Shown here piece by piece: positions 9,776 through 19,100 of a stretch of 64,000 nucleotides of DNA. Numbering within the stretch: position 1 is the stretch's first letter; each line of letters opens with the position of its first letter. Below the pieces are notes generated by a model. That model searched no databases and had not been told where the DNA came from. It saw only the letters and a program-made list of their open reading frames with translations. Made by a program: the position numbers and the translations under genes. The stretch is from an uncultured Alphaproteobacteria bacterium (GTDB lineage Bacteria; Pseudomonadota; Alphaproteobacteria; Rhizobiales; Xanthobacteraceae), in assembly GCA_963831275.1 (NCBI GenBank), contig CAWHPN010000004.1, positions 31,265-95,264 on the forward strand, in the 5' to 3' direction.

Positions 9776-10656
9776 GCCGTCGGAAAATGCTGCTTGGGTT
9801 GATCGGCGCGAACATCATGGGCTCGCTCTCGCCGAGGCTTTTTGCCGAATCCTTTGCTGCCGCCGGCATTGACGGCTTCTATCATTTGATCGACGTCGAC
9901 TGCCTGCGCGAGCGGCGACTACCTCAGCTTCTCGACGCCATAAAGGTCGCCGGCTTTTCGGGAACGAACATCACCTATCCGTTCAAGCAAGACATTCTCC
10001 CGCTGCTGGACGCAGTGGATCCGGAAGCAGCACAGACCGGCGCGATCAACACGGTCGCGATTGCTTCGGATGGGCGAACGACGGGCTACAATTTCGACCG
10101 TCGTGGATGGCGCCTGAGCTTTGAGGAACGCCTCGGATCTGCCAGCGCGCAAGGCGCGACCGTCGTGCTGGTGGGCGCAGGCGGTGCTGGGCACGCTGTT
10201 GCCTTTGCCCTGATGGATCTCGGCGTCGCGTGTTTAGTCGTGCATGACCGCGACGCCGCACGCGCGAACGGGCTTTGCAACGACCTGGCGAAATATTTTG
10301 GTGCGTCGCGTTGCCGCGTTGCCCTCGATCTTGAGCGCGAAATCGTGTCTGCCGACGGAGTCGTCAATGCCACGCAAATGGGCATGCGAGGCTTCCCCGG
10401 CAATCCTGTGCCGGTGTCGGCGATCAGGCCCTCCCATTGGGCAGCCGACGTCATCTATACGCCGGTCGACACCGAATTCATCAAGGCGGCCGCTGCCAGG
10501 GGTGCCCGCGTGATGAGCGGCGATGGCATGTGTGTCCATCAGGCGGTCGAGGCGTTCCGACTGTTCACCGGAACGACACCGGATGTAGCGCGCCTTCATC
10601 GTGCGTTTGCGGCCGGCTACGAAGCGCGCGAAGCAGCGGTCGCGCAAGTGAGTTGA
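9772..10656 (+). CDS. quinate/shikimate dehydrogenase (AroE/YdiB family)
   Basis: GTNITYPFKQ, GAINTV and a GAGGAGHAV Rossmann motif. ATGA overlap with the upstream gene. Confidence 0.8.
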   Translation: MSRRKMLLGLIGANIMGSLSPRLFAESFAAAGIDGFYHLIDVDCLRERRLPQLLDAIKVAGFSGTNITYPFKQDILPLLDAVDPEAAQTGAINTVAIASDGRTTGYNFDRRGWRLSFEERLGSASAQGATVVLVGAGGAGHAVAFALMDLGVACLVVHDRDAARANGLCNDLAKYFGASRCRVALDLEREIVSADGVVNATQMGMRGFPGNPVPVSAIRPSHWAADVIYTPVDTEFIKAAAARGARVMSGDGMCVHQAVEAFRLFTGTTPDVARLHRAFAAGYEAREAAVAQVS

Positions 10657-10680
10657 CGCCAGCAAACCGGAGAAAAAACC

Positions 10681-12567
10681 ATGAAAACCTCAATTGCCAC
10701 GGTTTGCCTCAGCGGCGGATTGCGCGAAAAGCTGGAAGCGATAGCGGCCGCCGGTTTTCGTGGTGTTGAAATCTTCGAAAGCGATTTGCTGTCTTACAAC
10801 GGCACGCCGACCGATGTTGCAAAGGAGATGTCCGAACTCGGCCTGCGCGCAATTACGTTCCAGCCATTTCGCGATTTTGAAGGGATGCCGGAACCGCAGC
10901 GTCAACGGACGTTCGATCGCGCGGAGCGCAAATTCGACCTGATGCAGGAGCTGGGCTGCAACTCACTTCTGGTGTGCAGCAATGTGTCACCGGAATCCCT
11001 TGGCGGTATTGACCGCAGCGCGGCCGATTTCCACGAACTCGGCGAACGGGCGGCAAAGCGTGGTCTGCGCGTCGGTTTCGAGGCGCTCGCCTGGGGGCGC
11101 CATATCAACGACTACCGCGACGCATGGGAAGTCGTGCGGCGCGCGGACCATCCGGCGATCGGGCTTGTCCTCGACAGTTTCCACACTTACGCCCGTAAGA
11201 CCGATCTCAAACCGTTGCATGCGATCCCGGGCGATCGGATTTTCCTCGTCCAGCTGGCCGATGCGCCGTGGCTCGACATGGACGTGCTGAATTGGAGCCG
11301 GCATTTCCGGTGTTTTCCAGGGCAAGGCGATTTGCCAATTCTCGAATTCATGACCGCCGTCCAGGCGACTGGCTACCAGGGCGACCTGTCACTGGAGATT
11401 TTCAACGATCAATTCCGCGCCGGCTCGCCTCGCTCGGTGGCCATCGATGGGCAGCGATCACTCATCTATCTCATGGATCAGATGCGCGGAAAGAATGGAA
11501 AAATGGCCTCCGAACTTCCAAAAATACCGCCACGGTCAAAATGCCTCGGCGTGGAATTTATCGAATTTGCGGTGGATGACCGCGCCGCCGACGAGCTTGC
11601 GCGGCTTCTTGCCGGTCTCGGATTCCGCAACGTTGCGCGCCACAAATCAAAAGCAGTGTCCCACTGGACTCAAGGCGCGATCAATCTCGTCATCAACAAG
11701 GAAAAAGAAGGGTTCGCGCATTCACATTACATCACGCATGGGCCAACCGTTTGCGCCATCGGCCTCAAGGTCGAAAGCGCATCAGCGACGCTCGACCGCG
11801 CCGAGACGTTGCGTGATACGCCGTTCCGTCAAAAGGTCGGGCCTGGCGAGCTTGAGATCCCGGCCGTGCGCGGAATGGGTGGGAGTCTTCTTTATTTCCT
11901 CGACGCCACCGGCAAGCTGGCCAAGGTCTGGGACGTCGAGTTTGAACCGGTGAAAGGTGACAAAGCGGCCGACATCGGGTTGACCACCGTCGACCATATC
12001 TCACAGTCGATGCACTACGAGGATATGTTGTCGTGGCTGCTGTTCTACACGTCACTTCTCGACGTGCAGAAGACGCCGCAGGTCGATATCACCGATCCCG
12101 GTGGGATTGTGCGGAGTCAGGTTGTGGAGACGACGGACGGCGCGCTGCGGATCGCCCTGAATGCCTCGCAAAGCACGCGCACGCAATCGTCGCGCTTCCT
12201 CAACGAATATTTTGGCTCGGGAGTCCAGCACATCGCCTTTGCCAGCGGCGATATCCTCGGAACAGCCGCCGGGCTGAAGGCAAACGGCATAGAGACGCTG
12301 GCAATTCCGGAAAATTATTACGATGATCTCGCAGCGCGCACCGATCTTGATGCCGCACGGCTGAAGCTGCTCAAGGACAGTAATGTTCTGTATGACAGGG
12401 ATGAGAACGGCGAATACCTTCAACTCTATACCAAGAGTTTCAAGGACCTGTTCTTTCTCGAGATCGTACAGCGGCGTGGATACAAAGGATTTGGCGCTAT
12501 CAACGCACCTATCCGGCTCAACGCACAGTCACGACTTGCAGACGCGTCATCGCTTTCTGGCCAATGA
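10681..12567 (+). CDS. qsuB: fused 3-dehydroshikimate dehydratase (xylose-isomerase-like TIM barrel) / 4-hydroxyphenylpyruvate-dioxygenase-like domain protein
   Basis: 628 aa. The N-terminal half is sugar-phosphate isomerase/epimerase-like (MKTSIATVCLSG.L..KLEAIAAAGF.GVEIFE). The C-terminal half is VOC/HPPD-like (GVQHIAFASGDI, FLEIVQRRGYKGFG). This architecture matches QsuB/QuiC1-type enzymes. Confidence 0.8.
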   Translation: MKTSIATVCLSGGLREKLEAIAAAGFRGVEIFESDLLSYNGTPTDVAKEMSELGLRAITFQPFRDFEGMPEPQRQRTFDRAERKFDLMQELGCNSLLVCSNVSPESLGGIDRSAADFHELGERAAKRGLRVGFEALAWGRHINDYRDAWEVVRRADHPAIGLVLDSFHTYARKTDLKPLHAIPGDRIFLVQLADAPWLDMDVLNWSRHFRCFPGQGDLPILEFMTAVQATGYQGDLSLEIFNDQFRAGSPRSVAIDGQRSLIYLMDQMRGKNGKMASELPKIPPRSKCLGVEFIEFAVDDRAADELARLLAGLGFRNVARHKSKAVSHWTQGAINLVINKEKEGFAHSHYITHGPTVCAIGLKVESASATLDRAETLRDTPFRQKVGPGELEIPAVRGMGGSLLYFLDATGKLAKVWDVEFEPVKGDKAADIGLTTVDHISQSMHYEDMLSWLLFYTSLLDVQKTPQVDITDPGGIVRSQVVETTDGALRIALNASQSTRTQSSRFLNEYFGSGVQHIAFASGDILGTAAGLKANGIETLAIPENYYDDLAARTDLDAARLKLLKDSNVLYDRDENGEYLQLYTKSFKDLFFLEIVQRRGYKGFGAINAPIRLNAQSRLADASSLSGQ

Positions 12568-12638
12568 CCAAAGTCGGTGCGCGCATCAGGAACAAAAGGC
12601 CACCCGAAGCTTTGTCGTGCGTCATTGGAGCACAGCTG

Positions 12639-12812
12639 ATGCTTTCGACAGCCAAAATCTCTCGAAATCGCGTTCAGGTTTCCAGCAAGGAAACAGCGCG
12701 AATGTGGCGCAAGCGCTTCCGGAAGCCGAAACATGAGATTGAGGCGGCCGTTGCGAAGGTAGGGGACAACCCCGAAACGGTCATGAAAGAGCTGGCTGCC
12801 AAAAGACGGTAA
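12639..12812 (+). CDS. DUF3606 domain protein
   Basis: NRVQVSSKETARMWRKRFRKPKHEIEAAVAKVGDNPETVMKEL fits the DUF3606 pattern as I remember it. GGAG lies 8 nt upstream of the ATG at 12639. Confidence 0.6.
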   Translation: MLSTAKISRNRVQVSSKETARMWRKRFRKPKHEIEAAVAKVGDNPETVMKELAAKRR

Positions 12813-12902
12813 GCGAATAAGGTTTGGCGATTGTCACTTCCGCTATGGAACTTCCCATCGGCCGGTGAGTTTTGTGAGCATGCGGCGGCCATCGACCGCG
12901 TG

Positions 12903-13391
12903 ATGGGATTCTTCATGCGGAATACTTCCAGTCTTTCACCGGCACGCGCGCAGGTCAGCGGAATTCCGGCCCCTGCGACCTCAGGTACCAAAGCTGCGCC
13001 CCACCGTCCGCCACGTATCCTGATTATCGAAGATGAGGCTTTCGTTGCCTTGATGATAGAGGAGATGATTCAACAGCTCGGCTATCGCGTTTCCGGCACA
13101 GCACACTCGATTGCTACGGCCAACCAGGAGTTTGCAAAACGTGACTATGACGCCGTTCTTCTGGACATCAATATCGGCGGTCGATTCCATGGTGAGCTTG
13201 CAGACCGGTTGATGGATCAAGGCATCCCGTTCGCATTTGTGACGGGGTATGACTACCTGGTGGATCCGCGTCACGAGAACGCGCCGGTGCTGCAAAAGCC
13301 CTTTTTATCGGACGACTTGCGTATTTCCCTGGAAGAGCTGGTTGGACCGGCAACATCCAGGATGACCGATGTCGAACACGAGGGCGTGTGA
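12903..13391 (+). CDS. single-domain response regulator (CheY-like receiver); start uncertain
   Basis: RILIIEDEAFVALMIEEMIQQLGY...DAVLLDINIGG...PFAFVTGY. The track start at 12831 is a TTG; ATG candidates lie at 12903 and 12915. Confidence 0.75.
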   Translation: MGFFMRNTSSLSPARAQVSGIPAPATSGTKAAPHRPPRILIIEDEAFVALMIEEMIQQLGYRVSGTAHSIATANQEFAKRDYDAVLLDINIGGRFHGELADRLMDQGIPFAFVTGYDYLVDPRHENAPVLQKPFLSDDLRISLEELVGPATSRMTDVEHEGV

Positions 13392-13546
13392 CGATCGGCG
13401 CTCGGCTTTGGTAATACGCGTTTTACCAATCCGAAAAATGAATAACAAAGCAATGATTTGACGTCTGCCGACGCCCGGATCTCGGTTCACATCTGGGTAA
13501 GGTTCTATCCGTACGATGCCGGCTCGCCACACTGGGTCCGGTTCTC

Positions 13547-15811
13547 ATGGCAAGCCTTGATCTGGCCACGGCCAGTAACGTGGCGCAACGCAGCGAACGG
13601 CAAGGACAACAGACACGCATCTTGTGTGTACTGTTTTTCTTTTCCGGCTTTCCGGCGCTGATTTATCAGCTGACGTGGCAGCGGGCGCTGTTCCTTATCT
13701 TTGGTGTCAACATCGAGTCGGTGACGATCGTCGTCACGGCCTTCATGCTCGGCCTTGGAGTAGGCAGCCTCGGCGGCGGCTGGCTCTCGAAGCGGCAGGG
13801 AATTGCGCTTTTGCCGTTGCTTGCCGTGATCGAATTTTTAACAGGCACATTCGGCCTGGTCTCCCTGTCGATTTTTGACAAGGTCGGCGAGTTCACGATC
13901 GGTTTGAGTTTGCCTGCGACCGGCGCCGCGGCTTTGGCGCTCGTCTCTGTACCGACCCTCCTGATGGGCGCGACCCTTCCGCTGCTGGTCGGACACCTCG
14001 CGCGCCGCTCGGGAAACCTTGGAAGCGCGGTCGGTCTTCTTTATTACGTCAACACGTTGGGTGCCGGGGCGGCCTGCCTTGTCTGCGCCTTCCTGCTATT
14101 TCCATTCCTCGGAATGAGCGGTTCAATCTATGTCGCTGTCGCTATCAACGGCACAGTGGCTTTGGGCGCGCTTGCCGCACAATGGTTCGGTAATTCCCAA
14201 ACTACACCTCCGTCAGACGACGTCAGGGACGTGCGGCAGAATGAGGGTCTCTCGTTTGCTCATGTCCTGGCGCTTGTAGCGGCCGGCGGGTTCATCTCGC
14301 TTTCGTACGAAATATTCTTTTTCCGCACGATCTCATATTCTACCGGATCAAGCGCAAGCGCGTTCGCTCTGATGTTAAGCGCGTTTCTCATCGGAATAGC
14401 CTCGGGTGCACGTCAGGCCGGGGAAAACTGCAAGACCTTGCGTCGCGACGACATGATGCGGCGACTGTTCAATACCCTTTTGTTAGGCAGTATTTTTGGC
14501 ATCGCATTTTTGCCGCTTCTTGGTCACCTTGCCTGGCTGGACGGCGGCCTCACCGGCGTGGCGATGCTGGTGGTTTTCTTGATTGCGCGCTCTTGGGGCG
14601 CGCTGCTGCCCTATCTTGCTGAAGTATCAATTGCCCCCGACAGCAAAGCGGGAATGAGAACTGCAGTTCTTTACCTCGCGAATATTCTTGGCTCGGCGGC
14701 TGGCTCAGTCCTCACAGGCTTCGTGCTTATGCAATATCTGGGGCTCGTCGCAATTGCGGCGACCCTCGTGGCTGCGGGCGTAATATGCGTCATGGTCTTA
14801 CTCGCGACGATGTCTTTGCCGGTTCGCGAAAAACTGCAGCGGGCGGCGGTTGCAACGACGGTCGGATTGGTGGCGGCCGTCATAATTCCGCGCGTGTCGG
14901 CGCAAGTTTTGGAGAATCTTCAGTGGAAAGGAGAGCCTTCCACCAGAAAGATTGTCGACATCGTCGAGACGCGCAGCGGAATCATAACGGCAACCAATGA
15001 CGGCGTCGTGTTTGGGAATGGCATGTACGATGGCCGGTTCAACACCGATCTTACACACGACACCAATGGTATCGTGCGCCCGTATGCGTTGAGCCTGTTT
15101 CACCCGGCACCGCGCGATGTGTTGATGATTGGCCTGTCAACGGGTTCGTGGGCGCAGGTCATCGCCAACAACCCGAATGTGCGTTCCCTGACCGTCGTTG
15201 AGATCAATTCGGGTTATCTCACTTTGATCAAAAATGAGCCGGAGGTTGCTCCCATTTTGACCAATCCAAAGATAAAGATCGTTACCGATGATGGTCGGCG
15301 CTGGCTTAGAGCAAATCCTGGCCGGCACTTCGACGCCATCGTTTCAAACACGACGTGGCATTTCCGCGCCAGTGCCGCCAACCTCTTGTCGGAGGAATTT
15401 CTTGACATTATCCGGCATCACCTGAACACCGGTGGCATCTTCTTCTACAACACGACGGATTCAGCACGTGTGCAACGCACCGGATGCCTTGCGTTCGCGC
15501 ATGGTGCGCGCTTCACCAACCACATGGTCGTATCAAACGAGCCAATCGACTGGAATTTCCGGCGCTGGCGGCGCGTGCTTGAGACTTACCGTGTCGACGG
15601 TGCGCCCGTTTTTGACGTGACACGCGCTGCTGATCGCGCAGAGATCAACCGCCTTGTATCGTGGCAAGACAATCTGTCGCCCGGACAAGCGCATGGACCG
15701 CACAGGTCGATTGAACCGTGTCCGGACCTTTTGACGCGGACTGCAGGCATGCGGTCGATAACCGACGACAACATGGGCACGGAATGGCTCCATTTTATGG
15801 GGCTGGACTGA
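13547..15811 (+). CDS. fused polytopic-membrane / spermidine-synthase-like (aminopropyltransferase fold) protein
   Basis: 754 aa. About 480 aa of TM helices (LFFFSGFPALIYQLTWQR...) are followed by a SpeE-like domain (VLMIGLSTGSW...VVEINSGY...IVTDDGRRWL...FDAIVSN). Confidence 0.8.
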   Translation: MASLDLATASNVAQRSERQGQQTRILCVLFFFSGFPALIYQLTWQRALFLIFGVNIESVTIVVTAFMLGLGVGSLGGGWLSKRQGIALLPLLAVIEFLTGTFGLVSLSIFDKVGEFTIGLSLPATGAAALALVSVPTLLMGATLPLLVGHLARRSGNLGSAVGLLYYVNTLGAGAACLVCAFLLFPFLGMSGSIYVAVAINGTVALGALAAQWFGNSQTTPPSDDVRDVRQNEGLSFAHVLALVAAGGFISLSYEIFFFRTISYSTGSSASAFALMLSAFLIGIASGARQAGENCKTLRRDDMMRRLFNTLLLGSIFGIAFLPLLGHLAWLDGGLTGVAMLVVFLIARSWGALLPYLAEVSIAPDSKAGMRTAVLYLANILGSAAGSVLTGFVLMQYLGLVAIAATLVAAGVICVMVLLATMSLPVREKLQRAAVATTVGLVAAVIIPRVSAQVLENLQWKGEPSTRKIVDIVETRSGIITATNDGVVFGNGMYDGRFNTDLTHDTNGIVRPYALSLFHPAPRDVLMIGLSTGSWAQVIANNPNVRSLTVVEINSGYLTLIKNEPEVAPILTNPKIKIVTDDGRRWLRANPGRHFDAIVSNTTWHFRASAANLLSEEFLDIIRHHLNTGGIFFYNTTDSARVQRTGCLAFAHGARFTNHMVVSNEPIDWNFRRWRRVLETYRVDGAPVFDVTRAADRAEINRLVSWQDNLSPGQAHGPHRSIEPCPDLLTRTAGMRSITDDNMGTEWLHFMGLD

Positions 15812-15831
15812 CGGGCCTGCGCACAATCGCG

Positions 15832-15853
15832 GAATCCGCAGAATCGCAGAATC
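15832..15853. promoter_or_regulatory. three tandem GANTC (GAATC) sites at 9- and 8-bp spacing upstream of the giant repeat-protein gene
   Basis: GAATCCGCAGAATCGCAGAATC, with GAATC at 15832, 15841 and 15849. It lies about 310 nt upstream of the ATG at 16165. Confidence 0.4.
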
Positions 15854-16164
15854 AATGAGTGGTTTGCATTTCGGTTACTAGGGTGCGCGCTTCAGCTTCG
15901 GCGCCGATGCGCGCGAGACGTCGACCTCCATCATGTCCATCACGACAGTGAAAAGGCTTCACGCGCTTTAGCGTGGCGCAACACGTGTTGGCGCACAATT
16001 TCGGCTTAACCGAAAACACAATTGACCACGATCAACCGATGATCCGTCCTCTGATCAGTGGACGCTTGCGAAGCGGAAACCTGTCAAAAAGTTCCCCGCA
16101 ATTCTACGTCGTCGTCGCGCGAAGGTGCGCGAAGTTGTTGGTGAGTTTGTCGGAGGCAAAGCGT

Positions 16165-19100
16165 ATGAACGAACGGATCATCATCTCTCAGATCGCCAAT
16201 CTCGCCCAAACCCGCGATGTCAAAGTTACCAAGCCTCCAGTTGATCAATCGCTCATTCTCGACCTGACCAGCGGCGCAAAACTCGGTCTTTCTGCGGGTG
16301 CCCAATTCGCGCAGGTTCCTTCGATTTCAGAAGACCCTTCGGGTCTGCCTAAGGCGGACGATATTCCCCCCAGCGGCGCCGACTTCCACGATGTCACGAT
16401 CGGCCGTCTCGGCGGCGGACTGGCGGCGCTGCCCTTACTGGCTCCTGAAGATCCTTCAGGCCACGCGGTCTTCTCTGTCGATCATTCGGCTATCAAACAT
16501 GCCAACGCAGTATCGCCGGTGCCTTCCGTCACGATTCCGGCGCCTGGTGGGCCGGCGACTGTCGTCTTCGAAGCGGGGCTTCTGGCCTCACGCGGGCCTG
16601 GCGAGTCGGCAGGGTCGCATCCCGGGCAGCCATCGTTTCCCACCACGACCCGGGCGGGAACAATCAGCTTCAATTCACCCGATGGCTTGCAGTCCGTCTT
16701 CCTGGGCGGTCACCAACTGACCACGTCAGCGCAGACATTTGCAGATGGAACAATCGGATCGTTGACGGCGTCGTACACGTTCAACACGGCAACGGGCAAA
16801 GGCACGATCAGTTACAGCTACACGCTGCTTGATAATACCCTGAGCGCTCCAAACACGAGTTTCGCCGTTGTGGTGACTGACAGGGACGGCCACAACAACC
16901 CGCCTGCCAACCTCGTCATCAATATCGTGGACGACGCGCCGATTGCTCGTGCGGATTCTGATGGTCTCACGTCGGGACTGACCACGGCAGTCGGCAACGT
17001 GCTCGATGGTTCGGGCACAACATCAGGTCCGGCCGGCACGGATGTTCGAGGCGCGGACGGCGGTGTGACGGTCGTGAGCATTGCATCGGGAGCCACGATA
17101 AAAGCCGTGGATCCGATCAACGGTGTGACGATCCAGGGCACGTCCGGCACGCTGACAATCAGCGCGACCGGCGCCTACACTTATACGCATACGCTTGGCG
17201 GCGGCGCGGATGTGTTCACCTACACGATCCGGGATGCAGACGGCTCGCTGTCGCACACGACATTGACCATAAACCTCAATGACTCCGCGCCGACCAACAT
17301 TGTGATTCCGCAGCCGGGCGGACTGGATACGCAGGTGTTCGAGGCGGGGCTTGCGGCCGCGCGCGGGCCTGGCGAGTCGGCCGGCTCGCATCCGGGGCAG
17401 CCTTCATTCCCGACCAGCACGCAAACCGGCGCCGTCACTTTCATCTCGGTGGACGGAGTCTCGAAGATCGAACTGGGCGGCAATGTGGTGACGGCCACAT
17501 CGGCGCAGACGGCGCAGACATTTGCCGACGGGACACGGGGACAACTGTCGGCGTGGTTTGAATACAACTCGGCGACCGGGGCCGGCGCGATCCATTACAC
17601 ATACAGGCTGCTCGATAACACGTTGGGTAATCCACTGGTAAACAATGGAGACACCAGTGCGAGTTTTGCGGTAGCGGTGACCGATGCTGATGGCGACCGC
17701 ACGGCAGGCGGCAATCTGATCATCAATATCGTCGACGACAAGCCGGCGGCGAATCCCGACCACGACAACGTTGTGGCAGGCCAGACCGCCGCCGAGGCCG
17801 GCAATGTGCTCGGCGGTTCAGGTACGGTGGAGGGGACCACGAACGCCGACGTTGCTGGCGCGGACGGCGGGCTGTCGGTGGTGGGTGTCGTGTCGAACAA
17901 CACCAACACCGTGGGCACTGTGGGGATGGGTCTGCACGGCGCCTTCGGTACACTGACGATCGATGCGGGTGGCAATTACAGCTATGTCCGCGACACCGGC
18001 GTGGCTGGTGGGCCCAACCACAACGACACATTCACCTACACGGTAAAGGATGCCGACGGTTCGCAATCGACCGCGACACTGACGATTGCAGTAGCGGACT
18101 CCACGCCCAGCAACCTCCACATTCCGGTTGGCGGCGATGCGGGCACGCAGGTGTTCGAGGCAGGGCTTCCGGCCGCGCGCGGGCCTGGCGAGTCGGCCGG
18201 CTCGGATCCGGCTGCAGCAACCGCAACGACAGGGTCGATCACCTTCACCTCGGTCGACGGGGTTGGCTCGATCAAATTGGTCGATAGCAATAACAACACG
18301 ATTACGGTCGATAGCCAGTCGCGGACGTTCATCGATCCCAATGGCGTGTACTCGCTGGCGGCGTCGTACACGATCGATGCGGCGGGGAATGGCACGATCA
18401 CTTACACCTATACGCTGCTCGACAATACCAATGCGCAGGTGAACCCGAACACAACCTTTGCGGTGACGGTGACCGACAAGGACGGGGAGTCGACCAGCGG
18501 CACGCTCGTGATCGCCGTCCAGGACGACGGACCCGCGGCCAATTTGGACAGCAATACAGTTTTAGCGGGGCAGACAACGGCCAGCGGCACTGTGCTTGGC
18601 AACGACGTCCTCGGTGCTGACGGAGCGCCTGTCAGCGGTGCGGTGGTGAGCGTTGTGTCGAACAACACCAACACCGTTGGCACGGTTGGGGCAGTGCTGC
18701 AGGGCGGCTTTGGTACGCTGACGCTTTTTGCCGATGGCACCTACAGTTATGTGCGCGACCAGAATACGCCGGGGAACGTCAGCGACGTGTTCACCTATAC
18801 GATTAAGGATGCCGACGGCACCACCTCGGCGCCTGTGACGCTGACCATCAACATCGGCGATTCGGTGCCAACCAACCTCCATATTCCACAGCCAGGCGAT
18901 GCGGGTACGCAGGTGTTCGAGGCAGGGCTTCCAGCCGCGCGCGGGCCTGGCGAGTCGGCAGGCTCCAATCCGGCCGCAGCAACCGCAACGACGGGATCGA
19001 TCACGTTCACCTCGGTCGACGGGGTCGGCTCGATCAAGTTGGTCGATAGCAATAACAACACGATTACGCTCGACACCCAGTCGCGGACGTTCATCGATCC

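Noticed and set aside
15973-16164. GTG at 15973 as the start of the giant protein (64 extra residues)
   Set aside because: The extension is basic and low-complexity and has no SD. The ATG at 16165 has GGAGG at the optimal distance, and the GTG lies inside a candidate operator repeat.
15854-16164. c-di-GMP riboswitch or another structured leader upstream of the adhesin gene
   Set aside because: I could not recognise GEMM-type conserved nucleotides by eye. Only short generic hairpins are present. A covariance-model scan would be needed.
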